From Eledone cirrhosa (taxonomy: Eukaryota): a DNA stretch of 64,000 nt. The notes beneath the pieces were generated by a model that made no database searches, had not been told where the DNA came from, and saw nothing but the letters and a program-made list of their open reading frames with translations. Both the position numbers and the translations under genes were made by a program. The stretch spans positions 309,008,001 through 309,072,000 of the forward strand of contig OZ024742.1 in NCBI GenBank assembly GCA_964016885.1. The letters are read 5' to 3'. Positions 11,627-25,657 of the stretch are shown here, piece by piece (within the stretch, counting starts at the first letter, position 1; each line of letters begins with the position of its first letter).

Positions 11627-11720
11627 GTTGTGTAAATTCCAATGAGAGAGTCTTGTAATTGTTAGAAACCGACTCTCTCTCTATTGGCAAAAGTTTGTGA
11701 AATTATAAAACCAGAAGAAC
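11626..11720 (+). mobile_element. Isolated 3' terminus of the R4/Dong-like LINE
   Basis: Matches 28588-28684, including the hairpin ccaatgagagagtc/gactctctctctattgg and the end gaaattataaaaccagaagaac + (CATA)n. Confidence 0.85.
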
Positions 11721-11760
11721 AGACATACATACATACATACATTCATACATACATACATAT

Positions 11761-14446
11761 CCAAAATGTTAGCAAATCAAGCCCTGTTTATATGCCTTAG
11801 CAATGACATTGAAGCATTATCTTGGTGATAGCAGAGATATTAACAGGAACAAAACACCACCAAAAATACCATCATATATAACTAAAATAGAAAAAAGATT
11901 GCTGACCTACGAAAAAACATAGGATATGTGACAATGCTCCTTACATGCAAACAAACACAAAAAAATCTCACTCCTCACCAACAAAGAGTGAAAAATAAAA
12001 TAGAGACGATGTTTGGTAACAGTAGAACCAGAACTCTCCAATATAAGCTGATCACCCTCATACAAGAATTGAGAGCTGTTAGCGAAAAATGCCGATACCT
12101 GAAGAAGGTAGATGAGAGAAAAGTGCTTAATAAAAGATTCAGACGAAATCAAACATCAGTCTATGAAGGGCAAAATAATAAGTGTCACTGAGGCCCCATC
12201 CCAGAAAGACATAGATTCCTTTGGAGCAAAATATGGGGTGAAAAGAAAAATTTTAACCAATATGTAGTGTGGCTAAGAGAAATCCGAAAGAACTATTGCT
12301 CCTACACTACAACAAAAACATACGAAATAAGTGAGGGTACCCTTGAGACTGTGATAGGAAAACTCCAATATAAGAAAACACCAGGAAGAGACATGATTGT
12401 CGGCTACTGGTACAAAAAACTGATATTCTATCGGAGGTATCTTACTGACTTCTACCAACAAGTTCTTAAGGGAGATACACTTATACCAGAATGGTTGACA
12501 TTAGCACAAACATTACTGGTCCCCAAGAACAAAGACACCCACTTGGGAAAAAAACTACCGATCCATTGCATGCGAGAACCTGATGTATAAGATGTATACA
12601 GCCTGCCTGAATCTATTCCTCCAAGATCACTGTGAAATAATAACATCATCACAGATGAACAAGCAGCTGGAAAGAAAGGGGTTTGGGGTGTGCTGAACAA
12701 CTCCTAATCAACAAAACTGCGATGTCGGAGGTGCGATAACTTAGGAGGAATATGACTACAGTCTGGCTGGACTACAGGGAAGCTTTCGATTCTGTTCCCC
12801 ACTCTTGGATGATAGAGGCCCTCCAATTTTCTAAAGTCCCAGACATTATTGTCAGAGCCATAGAGGGGCTGTCTTCTTCTTGGGCTACTATCCTAAGGTT
12901 AAAGACAGAGAGGGAGGACTCTATTTTCACTGATAAAATAAAATATTGCAGGAGTATATTTCAGGGGGACAGTCTCTCTGTGATATTATTCATCTTGTCA
13001 TTAAACCTCTTTCTGCTCAAGAAATGTGAGGGATACATCATTGGCTCACAGGAGGACAGAAATACGAACCTAACCCATAATTTCTTTGTGGACGATCTGA
13101 AACTCTATGCCAAGAACATGGATGGGATGAAGAAAAGTCTTGACCTGGTTACAACGTTCTCAAAGGATATAAGAATGGAGTTTGGCCAAGATAAATGATC
13201 ATACATGACTGTAAAGCGGGGAAAAACAACAACCCAATCTAGCAACATTGTCATCAATGGCCTAACTGTTTCACCGATATCTGATGAGGACTGCTACAGA
13301 TACCTGGGGATAGATGAGAACATATCCTATAATGGTATCTGTAATAAAGAACGCGTAACCAAGGAATACTACACCCGATTAAGAAGATCTGGTCATCGGA
13401 ACTCTCTGCGCAAAACAAAACAGTGGCTCACAAAGTGTTTGCTGTGCCTGTCCTAACACCAACGTTTGGAATACTCAATTGGACGATAGACGAAATCCGA
13501 GCAGTTGATGTTGAAACTCGAAAAATAATTAACAACACCGGAAACTTCCACATCAAAAGTGTCATAGACCGCTTTTACTTGAAACGTAAGCAGGGAGGCA
13601 GAGGCCTAACATCAGTCCAGACAATATTTGAATGTCGCATCATATCTCTCCGACAATATCTACGAACCTCGAAGCGTAGGAGCCCATTTCTCTAGCAAGT
13701 CTATCTGCATGAAACAGATAAGATCATGAGAGTTGGGAAGGAACTCTTCGAGAGATATTCCCTGTGTGATAATCAAAAACTCACACCCAGGGATGTCGCT
13801 CAGCAGTATCGCCGTGGATCCGTGGATGAAAAATTGCATGCCTATCAGCAAAAAATCATGCATGGATATGTTGCCAGGAAGCTCCAGAGTGAGAGTACTA
13901 TAGATAAAGAAAGTAGTCTATCTTGGACCAACAACCGCTATATTGGCTCCCACTTTGAAGGATACGCTTTTGCAATCCAGGAACAGGAGATTAGCACTAA
14001 ATACCTGTCATCGCGGTACTATCTACCTATGAGTCATGATATAGTGGCCAAAACACTGTACAATGCAGTTTGTAAAAAAGATAGCCCCGATAATAAACAC
14101 ATTAAAAGCTACAGCAATGTGGAAAACATCCATGTACATAATATGAAAGAGTACTGGTGGAATGTTCCAGTAAAAACCCCAATAAAATTCAGGCATAACA
14201 GACCAGATATTATGATATGGGACAGGGAGAAGAAAGCATGCACAGTAGTGGAAATTAGCTGCCCAGCAGATGCCAATATAATATCAAAGATTAGTGAAAA
14301 GGAGAATATTTATGCAGAACTGATGAGAAATCTGCAGATACACCACCCTGATTACACCTTCAGATTTTGCCTGTGATTATTGGGGCACTGGGATATGAGA
14401 GGAGGAAGGAGGTAGAAGCAGTGTGAAATTATAAAACCAGAAGAAC
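11761..14446 (+). mobile_element. R4/Dong-like non-LTR retrotransposon, decayed copy 1
   Basis: Frameshifted RT (WLDY..AFDSVPH, IFQGDSLS, FFVDD) and RLE (RPD…VEISCP). Highly similar to 25887-28684. Confidence 0.85.
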
Positions 14447-14519
14447 ATACATACATACATACATACATACATACATACATACATACATACATACATACAT
14501 ACATACATACATACATACA

Positions 14520-14926
14520 TGGTGGCTGCCAACTCGTTTTCGAGTACGGCCACTACTTTATATCCATGTAGGAAAACTCCTACCGATGCGGTGAACAAGT
14601 GTGACTTTTTAGTCCAGCCAGCGATTTGAAAACTCTGGTACAAACACTACACTTGTGACAATTACTGACACATAGTGCTGGGCCCATGGTACCATGTGAC
14701 GACAAGTGCAGAGAGATCTCCAGATATAAAGCAATGCCTGTGCCGTGAAGCTTTTATAGTGAGCAAATGCACTGCACAAAGCCAGTCCCACTCTCTTAAC
14801 CAAGATGATATTTACCAAAAAGAAGAACAAGTCAACATCATTGGATACCATCAGGGTTGCAGGTGTTATATCAGAGTTTTCCTTCTCCTAGAATTCTGCC
14901 TTGACAAAGGCTAAAGGGTCATCTCT
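14520..14926. mobile_element. Second copy of the 10870-11481 repeat
   Basis: Near-identical sequence, bounded by (CATA)n. Confidence 0.8.
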
Positions 14927-15239
14927 CATACATACATACATACATACGTACATACATACATACATGCATACATACATACATACATACATACATACATACA
15001 TACATACATACATACATACATACATGTATGTCTATTGTAGTAGTTATGAGACAGGTATACTACAAGTTCTTTAGAACTAGAAATATGTATTACACTAAAT
15101 TCTACCAACACAATATTAAATGCTTCCGTCTCTTATAATTATTATATATCTACTATTTATATATGTGAGTTGGTGTGTATGTATCAGTGTGACTGTTTGT
15201 GCGTGCATGTGTGCGTGTGTGTCTGTGTTTTTCTTTATT

Positions 15240-15560
15240 GGTAAAATAAAGTATCAGTTAAATATTGGGTTCAATATAATCGACTCACCCCCACCACACC
15301 CCACCTACCAACAAAAAGCTACTGGTATTGTACCTAAATTGGAAATCATTAAGGGCAGTTGATTGGCAGTATCGGTAGATCGTCGGCATATAGTTATGGC
15401 CCTTTACGTTCTGAGTTCAAATCCGGTCGTAATCAACTTTGTCTCCGTCCTTCTGGAGGTCGATAAAATAAAATACCAATCAATTAATGGGTTTGATTTA
15501 ATCGATTTTCCGCCCCCTTTAAATTGCTGGCTTTGTGCCTAATGTAGAAATCATTGTTTT
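15240..15560 (+). mobile_element. SINE family A (partial plus full copy)
   Basis: gattggcagtatcggtag…ctgagttcaaatcc…ggtcgataaaataaa…aaattgctggctttgtgcct. Confidence 0.7.
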
Positions 15561-15625
15561 GGTTGGTGTTTGACATAAATAGTTATTGGTTAAAGTTATT
15601 TTCTTTGTAGGAAAGATAAAGGTAT

Positions 15626-15672
15626 TTGTCTTCTGATGAACACTCAACTAGCTGTGAAACACGTAAAGGCAA
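15626..15672 (+). ncRNA. Minimal hammerhead ribozyme
   Basis: Stem I ttgtctt/aaggcaa; CTGATGA; stem II aca/tgt; GAAA-CACG-TA. Confidence 0.7.
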
Positions 15673-16504
15673 GTAGGGAAAGAATAAGAAAATGTGTTTA
15701 TATTTGTTCCATTTTCCAAGCAAGGTTTATAATTTAAAACTACAGTTATATCGATATTACATTCATCTTACATTTTCTAATATATTTGAGTAACGTATAA
15801 ATATTTATTATTAAATTATGTTATAAATGTTTTGTGCAATAACATACAGAATGGTATTGGGGGAAATATCGGAGGAAATGTAATTAATCGAATATAAAAG
15901 AAATATGTCTCAGTGAGTGTCAGGTTTATTCAAAAGAGGTTATTATAGAATCAGACGTGTTGGGTGTAATCTAATTATATATAGGTGATACTCGAGGTTT
16001 CTGTCTGTTCTAGTGAAACTGATAATATATCTAGGTAAATATTGAATCTAAAATACAAATTTTGTTTTAATACATTGATTACATGCGCAACGTTGGAATG
16101 ACTATGTAATAATTTTGTTACATAAGTATGAATTGAACAAGAAGTAATATTAATCACGTAGCTGCAGGTTCACCATTATAAGCATTCCATCGATTGTCGA
16201 CGATGATTGCCATTATGAAATATGACACGTCATATTATCAGGCGTGAGACAATCTGGTTTCTATTTTCAGCTACTGTGGTCCAGCTGTGGGTTTCGATGG
16301 CTAATCTCCTTATGATACGTTTAATTACTTCCTAGTACCTCATTTGGGAATCTTCTTTTATTTCTGTAAGTAGAGAATTTGTCTTGGCAATGGAGTTTCC
16401 TCAGTTCTTTGAACATGTTCATGCAAGCAAAGATTTCAGTTCCTTGGTGGCCCAAATAGTGTTCGATCAGATATACTCTTAACTTAGCGAGATTATTTTT
16501 TTAT

Positions 16505-16715
16505 GATTGGCAGTATCGGTAGAGCGTCGGACAACATGCTTTATAACATAGGGTTACGCCCTTTTATATTCTGAGTTCAAATCTCGCCGAGGTTAACTTT
16601 GCCTTTTATCCTTACAGGGTTGATGAAATAAAGCATCAGTAACGCACTGGGGTCGATTTGATCGACTTTACCCTCCCCCAAAATTGCTGACCTTATGCCT
16701 AAATCAGAAACCATT
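16505..16715 (+). mobile_element. SINE family A full copy
   Basis: tRNA-like A box (tggcagtatcggtag) and B box (gagttcaaatc), with conserved body gccttttatccttacagggttgatgaaataaag. Confidence 0.8.
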
Positions 16716-16815
16716 AATTCATAGGCCTGCTGGCAAACGATATAAGTGTTAATAGCTTTTACAGTTACAGGTAGCTGTAATATGCATAGCGGGTAAAGTC
16801 ATGGTAAGATATATA

Positions 16816-16912
16816 CAAGGTGTCCCGAAAAATGTATATACACTTTGATTACCTATACAGGTAATATTTATTAGAATGCTGTTGAAGTATGTATGCATTT
16901 TTATACACCCTG
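16816..16912. mobile_element. About 100-bp Tc1/mariner-type MITE
   Basis: Imperfect TIRs caaggtgtccc/acaccctg. Same family as 45020-45121, in opposite orientation. Confidence 0.65.
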
Positions 16913-16914
16913 TG

Positions 16915-16980
<66 letters not shown>

Positions 16981-17252
16981 TCTACAAATTCAACAACGGC
17001 TGACCAGATGTTCAGAGTGTGATACATAACATAAGGTGATGCTGTGGAGTTGTTAATTTAGTTATTGACGGCCCGACAATACACAGGTTGTATTGACATA
17101 CATCAATACTAATAACAGTGCTATGGTTACCATATCGCTGACTTAACACAGACATGAGTAGTGCTGTATAGATTGATAAAGTAATCAAGGTTGAATTTAC
17201 ATATATATTTATAAGTAAAAATGGATTTTCAGTACATTGGATAATTATGTGT

Positions 17253-17326
<74 letters not shown>

Positions 17327-17331
<5 letters not shown>

Positions 17332-17760
17332 TGCTACTCTACGTCTGTATACATATATGTATGTACGTATACATACATACTTACATTTAAGTAAGTGCCG
17401 TACTAAGAGTGAGAAATGAAATTTCGTTTTCATTTTATTTCAACTTATCGTTTTCGGTATGCCTGACCGATTTAACTCACTCAATATGCAAATTAGGCTG
17501 CTCAGCCGTTAATTTTCATAAGGAAAGTATATACTTTCGAACGTTCAACTATCTGGCAGATGGGTATACGGTGCTGATGATAGCTAACAAGCTTGAAACT
17601 AGTACATCGTTCCTGTGTCAGTGTTGAACAAAAAGGTGACGTGGTTGCCTTAACACCGTATGGCATAAATTCAGGCTGTTCAGTTTGTTTACAAACGAAC
17701 AAAGCGGCGTTATAGTAAGCGTCCGCTAAACTGATGCGTGCATATATGTATGTGTACCTG

Positions 17761-17816
<56 letters not shown>

Positions 17817-17864
17817 TGCTACTGTACGTATGTATACATATATGTATGTACGTATACATACATA

Positions 17865-17870
<6 letters not shown>
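17327..17870 (+). mobile_element. Hammerhead-containing non-coding module, 485-bp period with terminal direct repeat
   Basis: 17327-17385 is repeated at 17812-17870. Homologous to 43162-43830 and flanked by (TA)n. Confidence 0.75.
17568..17610 (+). ncRNA. Minimal hammerhead ribozyme
   Basis: Stem I acggtg/catcgt; CTGATGA; stem II agc/gct; GAAA-CTAG-TA. Confidence 0.8.
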
Positions 17871-17911
<41 letters not shown>

Positions 17912-19714
17912 TGGTGTTAAGAGATAAAGACTTGAAATTACCCTTTGATGTGCTCCGAGTGTGGAAGCATAGAGACATTTCAGTTTTCTATTTATGTCCA
18001 GTTTCACCTAGTAGCAAAGACGACAGTTGTGGACTGTCTGGGAAGAAAGAAGTGCTTTTTGAAGAATATTCCGGGTTATGCTAATGAAGGAATACTATAA
18101 AAGGAAACAGGGAAGTAAAATTTAAAGAGCCTAAAGAGCTTATAGTCTTGAGGTTATTAGCTGTAAGACCCCTGTAGTAGTTTGGAATGGAATTAGATAT
18201 GATAAGAATCGCTCTATTGATCACTGCTTTAGAACGACAAAATACATTCAGTTGGTAGAAGGTTTGATTTAGGAAGTTGTAGGTGGATGCTTTAGGTGAA
18301 GTTTGTGAAGGTGTGCGTTTCTTCTGTTGTGAGGTACGATGCTGAAAGTGGTATTGTTTAAACCAGACTAACTAACTGACTAACTAGCGAGCTAACAAAC
18401 CAAATAACACTTTAAACTAACTAAGATATTAGCTAACAAACCTACTGGCTAACTAGCTAACTAATAAATAACAAATTAAACTAACTGAATTACTTTTTAA
18501 CTAAGTTAACTAAAATATTGCAGAAGATTCACCATTTTTTTTCTTGCAACAAACAAGCCAATAAATGTGTCTCGTGCCTACCTAACAAATCAATTCAATG
18601 TAGTGATAGTTGCATACTCTAAATGAAAACCTCTCTCAAATTCTACCATATGTGACGTTTCGGTGAAAAATATCGAAGTTTTGTTGAAAGTCTTCCTATT
18701 GTTCTCTCTCTTTCGTTTCCTCTGTCTGTTTGTCTGTTTCGCTAAAAGATGGAGAATGGCAATACAATTTACCAGACTCCAATCAGTCGAAGACTGAGAT
18801 GTCATTTACCTGTATGTCTTCATTTACTTTCCACTTGATTACCACGGAAAGAAGAAGAAGAAAAGGAAGGGAAAAACGACTAAATGATGGAGTAGGAATG
18901 GGGAGGAGGAAAGACGAGGAGAGTAAAGAGGAGAAAGGCTAGTCTGTAGTGTACAATTGAATACATTCCGATGGAGTCTTTAAGATGAATGATTCCTCTT
19001 CACCATAACGAATATAGGATAAAAGGTAAAATACAAAGCAAATACTTGAACACATACGAAACAAAGAAATAAAAAGAGTGAGAGAAAAGAGAGAAAGAAA
19101 AAGACATAAGAATTGAAAAAAAGGAAAAGGTAACAGGCATACATATAAATGACACACTACTACATACACACACTACTACATTCACACACTACCTCATATA
19201 TACACACACGCACACGGTAATTAAACAAATAAACAATAAAAGATGTTAAAAAAAAAGAAATTTTCTGGAATGAATAAAATGAAAATAAATACAAATAAAT
19301 GCAAATAAATAAAGTGAAATAAATAAGAAAAATATATATAGTGTATTGATCTTTGAAAGACTGCAAAAAAAAATAAAAAATAAAAATAAAGAAATAAAGT
19401 TTCAAGTAAAAAAAATACAAGAAAATTCAATTTCAGCGTTGTAAGTTATACATAATCTATGAAAAGACGAGATTTAGTTTTGTGTAATTGTAATATATTT
19501 CGGGAGACTTTTGGTAAATCTAATTTTATTTATCTACACGTCATTTGTACCATTCACATCTGGCAGACATATAATTAAGGGGATGTGTCTGGGCTTATTG
19601 AATCAGCTCAATAATTTCTTTACTCTCTAACGAGGAAGGTAGAAGAGATAAAAGACTAAATGTTTGTCCGTTTCTAATAATTTGTGAATAGAGTATATTA
19701 TTTCGCATCGAAAG

Positions 19715-20030
19715 CAAATAATTGTTTCTACATTTCCCACAAGGCCAGCAATTTGAAGGAGAAGGGAAAGTCGATTAAATCGACCCTAGTGCATTACTGG
19801 TACTTCATTTTATTGACGTAAGGGGGAAGGCAAAGCTAACCTCGGCGCGATTTGAACTCAGATCATAAAGGGCTGTAACTCTATGCTGCAAATCATGGCA
19901 AATCATGGCGTCCGACCCTCTACCGATACTGCCAATCCACAGCTCTAATAATAATTGTTTCTACTTTAGGCACAAGGCCAGCAATTACCCAGTGCATTAC
20001 TATAATAATGGTTTCTAATAATAATGGTTT
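19715..20030 (-). mobile_element. SINE family A copies
   Basis: Same head and body as 21060-21253. Confidence 0.75.
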
Positions 20031-20034
20031 CTTT

Positions 20035-21050
20035 GGACGGCATGGACCTGCCTCTCCAGGTGCCGAGCTGCAAGCCCACCAGCTGTTCCTAATTAATGTT
20101 TGCTCCAGTTACTGCTTCATACACCACTATCGTGACGTCGTCAGCATATGCTGACACAGATCTCCCACACCCCAGTTCGCACGGAATGCCTCTCAACGTC
20201 ACCAATTTGTGTAGTAACAACTCAAGAGTCAATACATACAAACGGGATAAGAGGAGACAACCTTGGCGGACCGAGCGAATGATGTTGAACGGTTCCGAAA
20301 GATAACCACTCACTCTAACCACAGAACGATGTCGCTGTATTGCCGTGATCCAGCCTTTGAAAACGGACCCGAAGCCGGCTGCCTTAAGGACTGATATCAG
20401 GAAGCGATGGTTGACCCCATCAAAGCTTTTGGTTAATTTAAGTTAACTAGGGTCCCGCCCGTGCCAAGTTCCTTAGACACCCTTTCTAGCTCTGACAGCG
20501 CAGCCAACGTGCTTAGCATTGAAGAATTGGTTGGGGGCCAATCTCACCGCAACGCAAGCATGTCGGTTGTACTGCCATTGCTAACTGCCTCTTCTAGCTT
20601 TCTAACTAGCTCTGCCTCTGCTCTATTTTTCTCTATCGCTACAGCTTTACTAAACTTTATCGATTCTATTCTAATCGCTCTTTTCTGAGTGAATCACAAT
20701 TTGTTGTTGATGATTTCCCCCGTCAATGCCGGCTTAATTAATTCCCTAATCCGGTCTCTGTGAGATTTCTGTGTAACAATACGATTTCGTCCATTTTCTT
20801 CACAAACGCTGACATCCGTCAACATTAGTCTTTGCGATGTGTTATTGCTCTGTCTTTTTTTAGACGCAGTATCCATTATTAGTTGTGTTTTTTTTAATAT
20901 GTTGAAATATTATTTTTACCTCTCTCCAAATTTAACAATCCCACCTGCAACAAGCAGATATGTTTCCTTAAGATTTTGTCAGTGAAAAAAATTAAAAGTT
21001 CAGAAAATTTCCACGAGGCCGATGTGAAGCGTGGTTTTTACTCCAGACGT
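20035..21050 (-). mobile_element. Internally deleted L1/Tx1-group LINE
   Basis: RT motifs RSVRQGC and AYADDV (20089-20322), with an upstream coiled-coil-like ORF2 segment and a probable 5' region. Confidence 0.65.
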
Positions 21051-21059
21051 CAATAATGA

Positions 21060-21375
21060 TAATAATTGTTTCTACTTTTTGGTACAAGGCCAGCAATTAC
21101 CCAGTGCATTACTGGTACTTTATTTTATCGACCCCGTAAGGATGAAAGGCAAAGTTAACCTCGGCGGGATTTGAACTCAGAATGGCAAGGACCGTAACTC
21201 TATGCGTCAAAGCATGGCGTCCGACCCTCTACCGATACTGCCAATCCACCGCTTTATTATCAATAATGATAATAACGTTTTCTGATTTAGGCACAAGGCC
21301 TACAATTTGACAGTAAGGGGAAGTCGATTACTTCAACCCCAGTGCCTTACTGACTGGTATTTTATTTTATCGAGC
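21060..21375 (-). mobile_element. SINE family A (full copy 21060-21253 plus partial copy)
   Basis: Reverse complement reads gcggtggattggcagtatcggtagag…ctgagttcaaatcccgccgagg…gcctttcatccttacggggtcgataaaataaagtaccag. Confidence 0.8.
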
Positions 21376-21378
21376 TCG

Positions 21379-21399
21379 TAATAATGATAATAATAATAA

Positions 21400-21430
<31 letters not shown>

Positions 21431-21496
21431 AAGAAGAAGAAGAAGAAGAAGAAGAAGAAGAAGAAGAAGAAAAGAAAAAGAAATAGAAGAAGAACG

Positions 21497-21542
<46 letters not shown>

Positions 21543-21543
21543 C
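21379..21543. repeat. Compound (TAA)n(GAA)n(CAA)n microsatellite
   Basis: Directly visible. Confidence 0.95.
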
Positions 21544-22932
21544 TATAAACAACTCCATATTAACGATTCAGGTATGAAAAGAAATCGGAAAAGACAAGAG
21601 AGGTAAAATCCTTTTAGCTAACTTTCCGGGAGTTTTGTTGAATGCATTCTTTCTGACAATGTTTGTCTGAACGTGAAATGAAAATAAAGAGGATATTTAA
21701 CTGAAAAGAAAATCGACAAAATCTTGATGAAAACAACCAAAGAAATATACTACAACTGTTACTATGGAAGTATGGCTGAGACAGTTGTCTTCCAGTAATG
21801 TTGTAAATTTGACAGCCCACAATTGTGGCTCGGAAGGAGACGTATTCGATTAGTTTAATACGGAAATTATGAACTAGAAATTGTAGTGGCAGTTATTTGA
21901 AGAAAGTCAGCATAGAAGAAGAGAGAAAGAGACAGAGATGTTGGATAAGTGAGAAACGTATGTGTATTTAACGAGAGAGAGGGTGTGAGGGAGAGTGGGG
22001 GGGTAAGTAGAGGAGAGGGGTAAGGAGAGGGGTAAGGAGAAGGGAGGGAGAGAGAGAGACAGAGATGTTGGGTAAGTGAGAAACGTATGTGTATTTAACG
22101 AGAGAGAGGGAAAGAGGGATAGGGTGAGAGGGAGAGGGAGAGGAGTAGGGAGAGATGTTTGAAGAAGTGAGAAACGTGTATATAATGACAAAGAGAAAGT
22201 GGGGGGGGGGGTAAAAAGGAACGCAAGCAAGCAATTTTATAGACATGAAAACATGAAAACAGTTTCTTTTCTTTATTGAATGCAAACGAGGGCATTGTGT
22301 AGGTTACTTTGCAGTTATTTAACTTAGTTGCTATACATCACACGTTCAAATTCTAATACAGTCCACTTTCTTTGGTTTAGGTAAAGAACGTTAGCCTGAT
22401 GGATTCCAGTGATCTTGAAGTTATAACTATACTAAGAACTGAAATCTTCACCTCAGACATAACTATGGTTAAGAGGTTCACTTCGTAAACACGTTGTCCT
22501 GTGTTTTCTTATTTTTTTGACAAACCTCGTATATATACATATATGGAAACATTATGATGATTATGATGATGATGATGGTGGTGGTGGTGGTGGCTGCAAC
22601 TCGATTTCGAGTAATGCCATCGCTTGATACTTAAGCATGAGCATCACAGTCGTGGCTTTGGTGTCATTCTAGGGACTTGCCTATTGACATAGGCAAGTCC
22701 CTAGAAGGACACCAATACCATGCATCGCAAAAAATGTCACATATCAAGCGATGCCTGTACTTGTAGCTTTTTTTGGTGAGGAAATGCTTTGCATGGAGCC
22801 AATCTCACTCTCTAAACATCGAATGCATTTGCCCAAAAAGAAAAACTGGTCTACATCATTGGATGCAAACGAAGTCGCAGGTTTTATATCAGAGTGACCT
22901 TCTCCTAGAGAGATGTGTTAATGAAGACATAT

Positions 22933-23011
<79 letters not shown>

Positions 23012-23082
23012 TACATACATACATACATACATACATACATACATACATACATACATACATACATACATACATACATACATAC

Positions 23083-24330
23083 ATCATCATCTTCAACTCT
23101 GGAACGTTCATTATTGGACATAGGCCTTCCATGAGCTGTGCCATGTTTGCCGATCCTGAGCCATTTGTGAGGTCGTTTCGCCCCCTGGTTTTCTGGTGGC
23201 CTCGGTTTCTTGTGTGACTTCGTGGGGTCCATAAGGTGACATGGGTGGTTTACCTGTTGTCAGTCATTCTGACAATGAGTCACACCCACTTCCATTTTGT
23301 TTTTTCTCGGATCCTTTCGGCCATGTGATGTTTAGTTTGATCCTTTCATGGGCTCTTCGCATTGTTCATAGTTTGCTGTTTTGTTAGGTTCCAGGTTTGT
23401 AATACAGGTTTCTAACCTTCTGATCGTCAAAGGGTTACAAACTGAAAATCATCCACGTATACTCTCCAGCCCCCCCCCCCCCCCTTTACATCCAGGAAGA
23501 ACGCAACAACCTCTACGACGATCTCTCTACAGCAAACCAAAACAGAATACACCATTATAATGGGCGATTTAAATGCAAAAGTCGGAAGCGGAGACAAGGA
23601 ATGTATGAGGAACTTTAGTCTCGGCGACAGAAATGATAGAGGAGACGACCTTGTTAACTTTGCACCAGAGCACAGGTTCAAAATAATAAACACATTTTTA
23701 AGAAAGAAAACACACTAAATATGGACTTGGTTGAGTCCGAACTACGATACGTTCAACGAAATTGATTACATCCTAGCAGACAAACATTAGATCGTGAAAA
23801 ACGTTGAGGTTCTCAGTAATGTCGATATCGGTAGTGATTATAGAATGCTACTATATAAACTCAATCGACACGAAATGTGAGAGGTGAAAACTCTTCCACT
23901 CCAAACCCCAGCCACTCCGAGTGTAAAATCACACTATCCAAGAGATTCGACTAGAACTACAAAACTGATACGCAATACTAGAAAAACAAAGAAATCTGAA
24001 AAACAACATCACTTTCACCGATTTGAACAACAATATTATTAAACCACTCACAGCAGCAACCAAAGAGTGCAAGACCAAAAACAAAACAAAAACACCAAAT
24101 TCTCAAAGGAAACAAAGAATCGTATGGAAAAACAGAGAAACCTCAAAACTCCGACAACAGCCAGGAAAGAGATTGAAGCAATAGAGCTTAACAAAACTAT
24201 TAAAAAGAAACAGTGAGAAGATCTTCGCAACCTCAGAACAGCCACCATCCAATCAGATCGTAAAATCGGGAAGGGCTTCAAAACGGAAAAGAAGAAATTA
24301 ATTGAAGGAAAACTGCAATTCACAGGAATC
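23083..24330. mobile_element. RTE-clade LINE fragments: 3' end on - strand (23083-23420) and AP-endonuclease on + strand (23428-24330)
   Basis: + strand translates to IIMGDLNAKVG, NDRGDDLVNFA, WTW.SP and NEIDYIL. - strand gives RPRGRNDL-like C-terminus and a (GAT)n tail. Confidence 0.65.
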
Positions 24331-24342
24331 TTAGAATATGAT

Positions 24343-24715
<373 letters not shown>

Positions 24716-25231
24716 TCTACTACTTGAAGTTGGCTAGTCTCATATGATCCTTACTCAGACCCTACTGACTAAACTTATCTCTTTTTTTCTGGTCGTTCAT
24801 ATTGTATCTACTTTTATTATTTATTTCTTTATGTAAGACATTATGCAGTATGCTGATAAAGGTGATAGGCGCTTTCTTTCCATTACAGTAAAACGAGATA
24901 TACCCAACATTCTTTCGACAAGAATATTATATGAAACACTGCCAATCTCAGTACAACGAGATATACCCACCATTCTTTCTACAAGAGTGTACAATATAAG
25001 ACAGTTAGATAATTAAAAATGACAAGAAGTGGTTCATCATAAGGACATATTTATTTATTATACCTAAACATATATTATATGCTTCCATATACACCTCACC
25101 TCTATGATTAACCACGCTATGTTAGTGCCACTACTAATTATATCTATCACCAGACAAGTTTGCACTATATGCAAATGAGCACATCCAGCCGATATTTCAT
25201 AAGCAAAGACCATATAGGTTTTAGCATATTT

Positions 25232-25317
25232 TGTCTCAGTAGCGAGTGAGTAAATGTTACTGATGACGAATAGAAATCCAGAAATAGCTAAGTGGTATTC
25301 TCACTGCTACTGAGACA
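25232..25317 (+). ncRNA. Degenerate hammerhead-like motif inside a long hairpin
   Basis: tgtctcagtagc..gtgag/ctcactgctactgagaca encloses CTGATGA…GAAA-TAGC-TA. The proximal stem I is out of register. Confidence 0.45.
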
Positions 25318-25604
25318 GCTGTGACATGATCATATATTTTGTTTAATCCATACTGAGACTTTGTATGTTTATTATACATCAACATATCGTATACGAGACA
25401 GTGCCAATCTCAGCAGAAAAGATATAAAGACAGTCACAGCAAAAAGAAATCAATTGGTTTGTCTATCACAAAGCAAAATATACTAGCCCGACAGCCATTT
25501 AAATACAATATATATATATTAGCAACACGAGAGAAAAGAAAAGTGAACACATCTATATGAATTCATTGTTGGAAACTCAGGTTCTATACAAAGACTTTGT
25601 ATGC

Positions 25605-25657
<53 letters not shown>

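Noticed and set aside
10870-14926. LTR retrotransposon (direct repeats flanking an RT)
   Set aside because: The internal RT is non-LTR/RLE type, the repeats lack TG…CA ends and differ in length, and copy 2 of the LINE has no such flanks.
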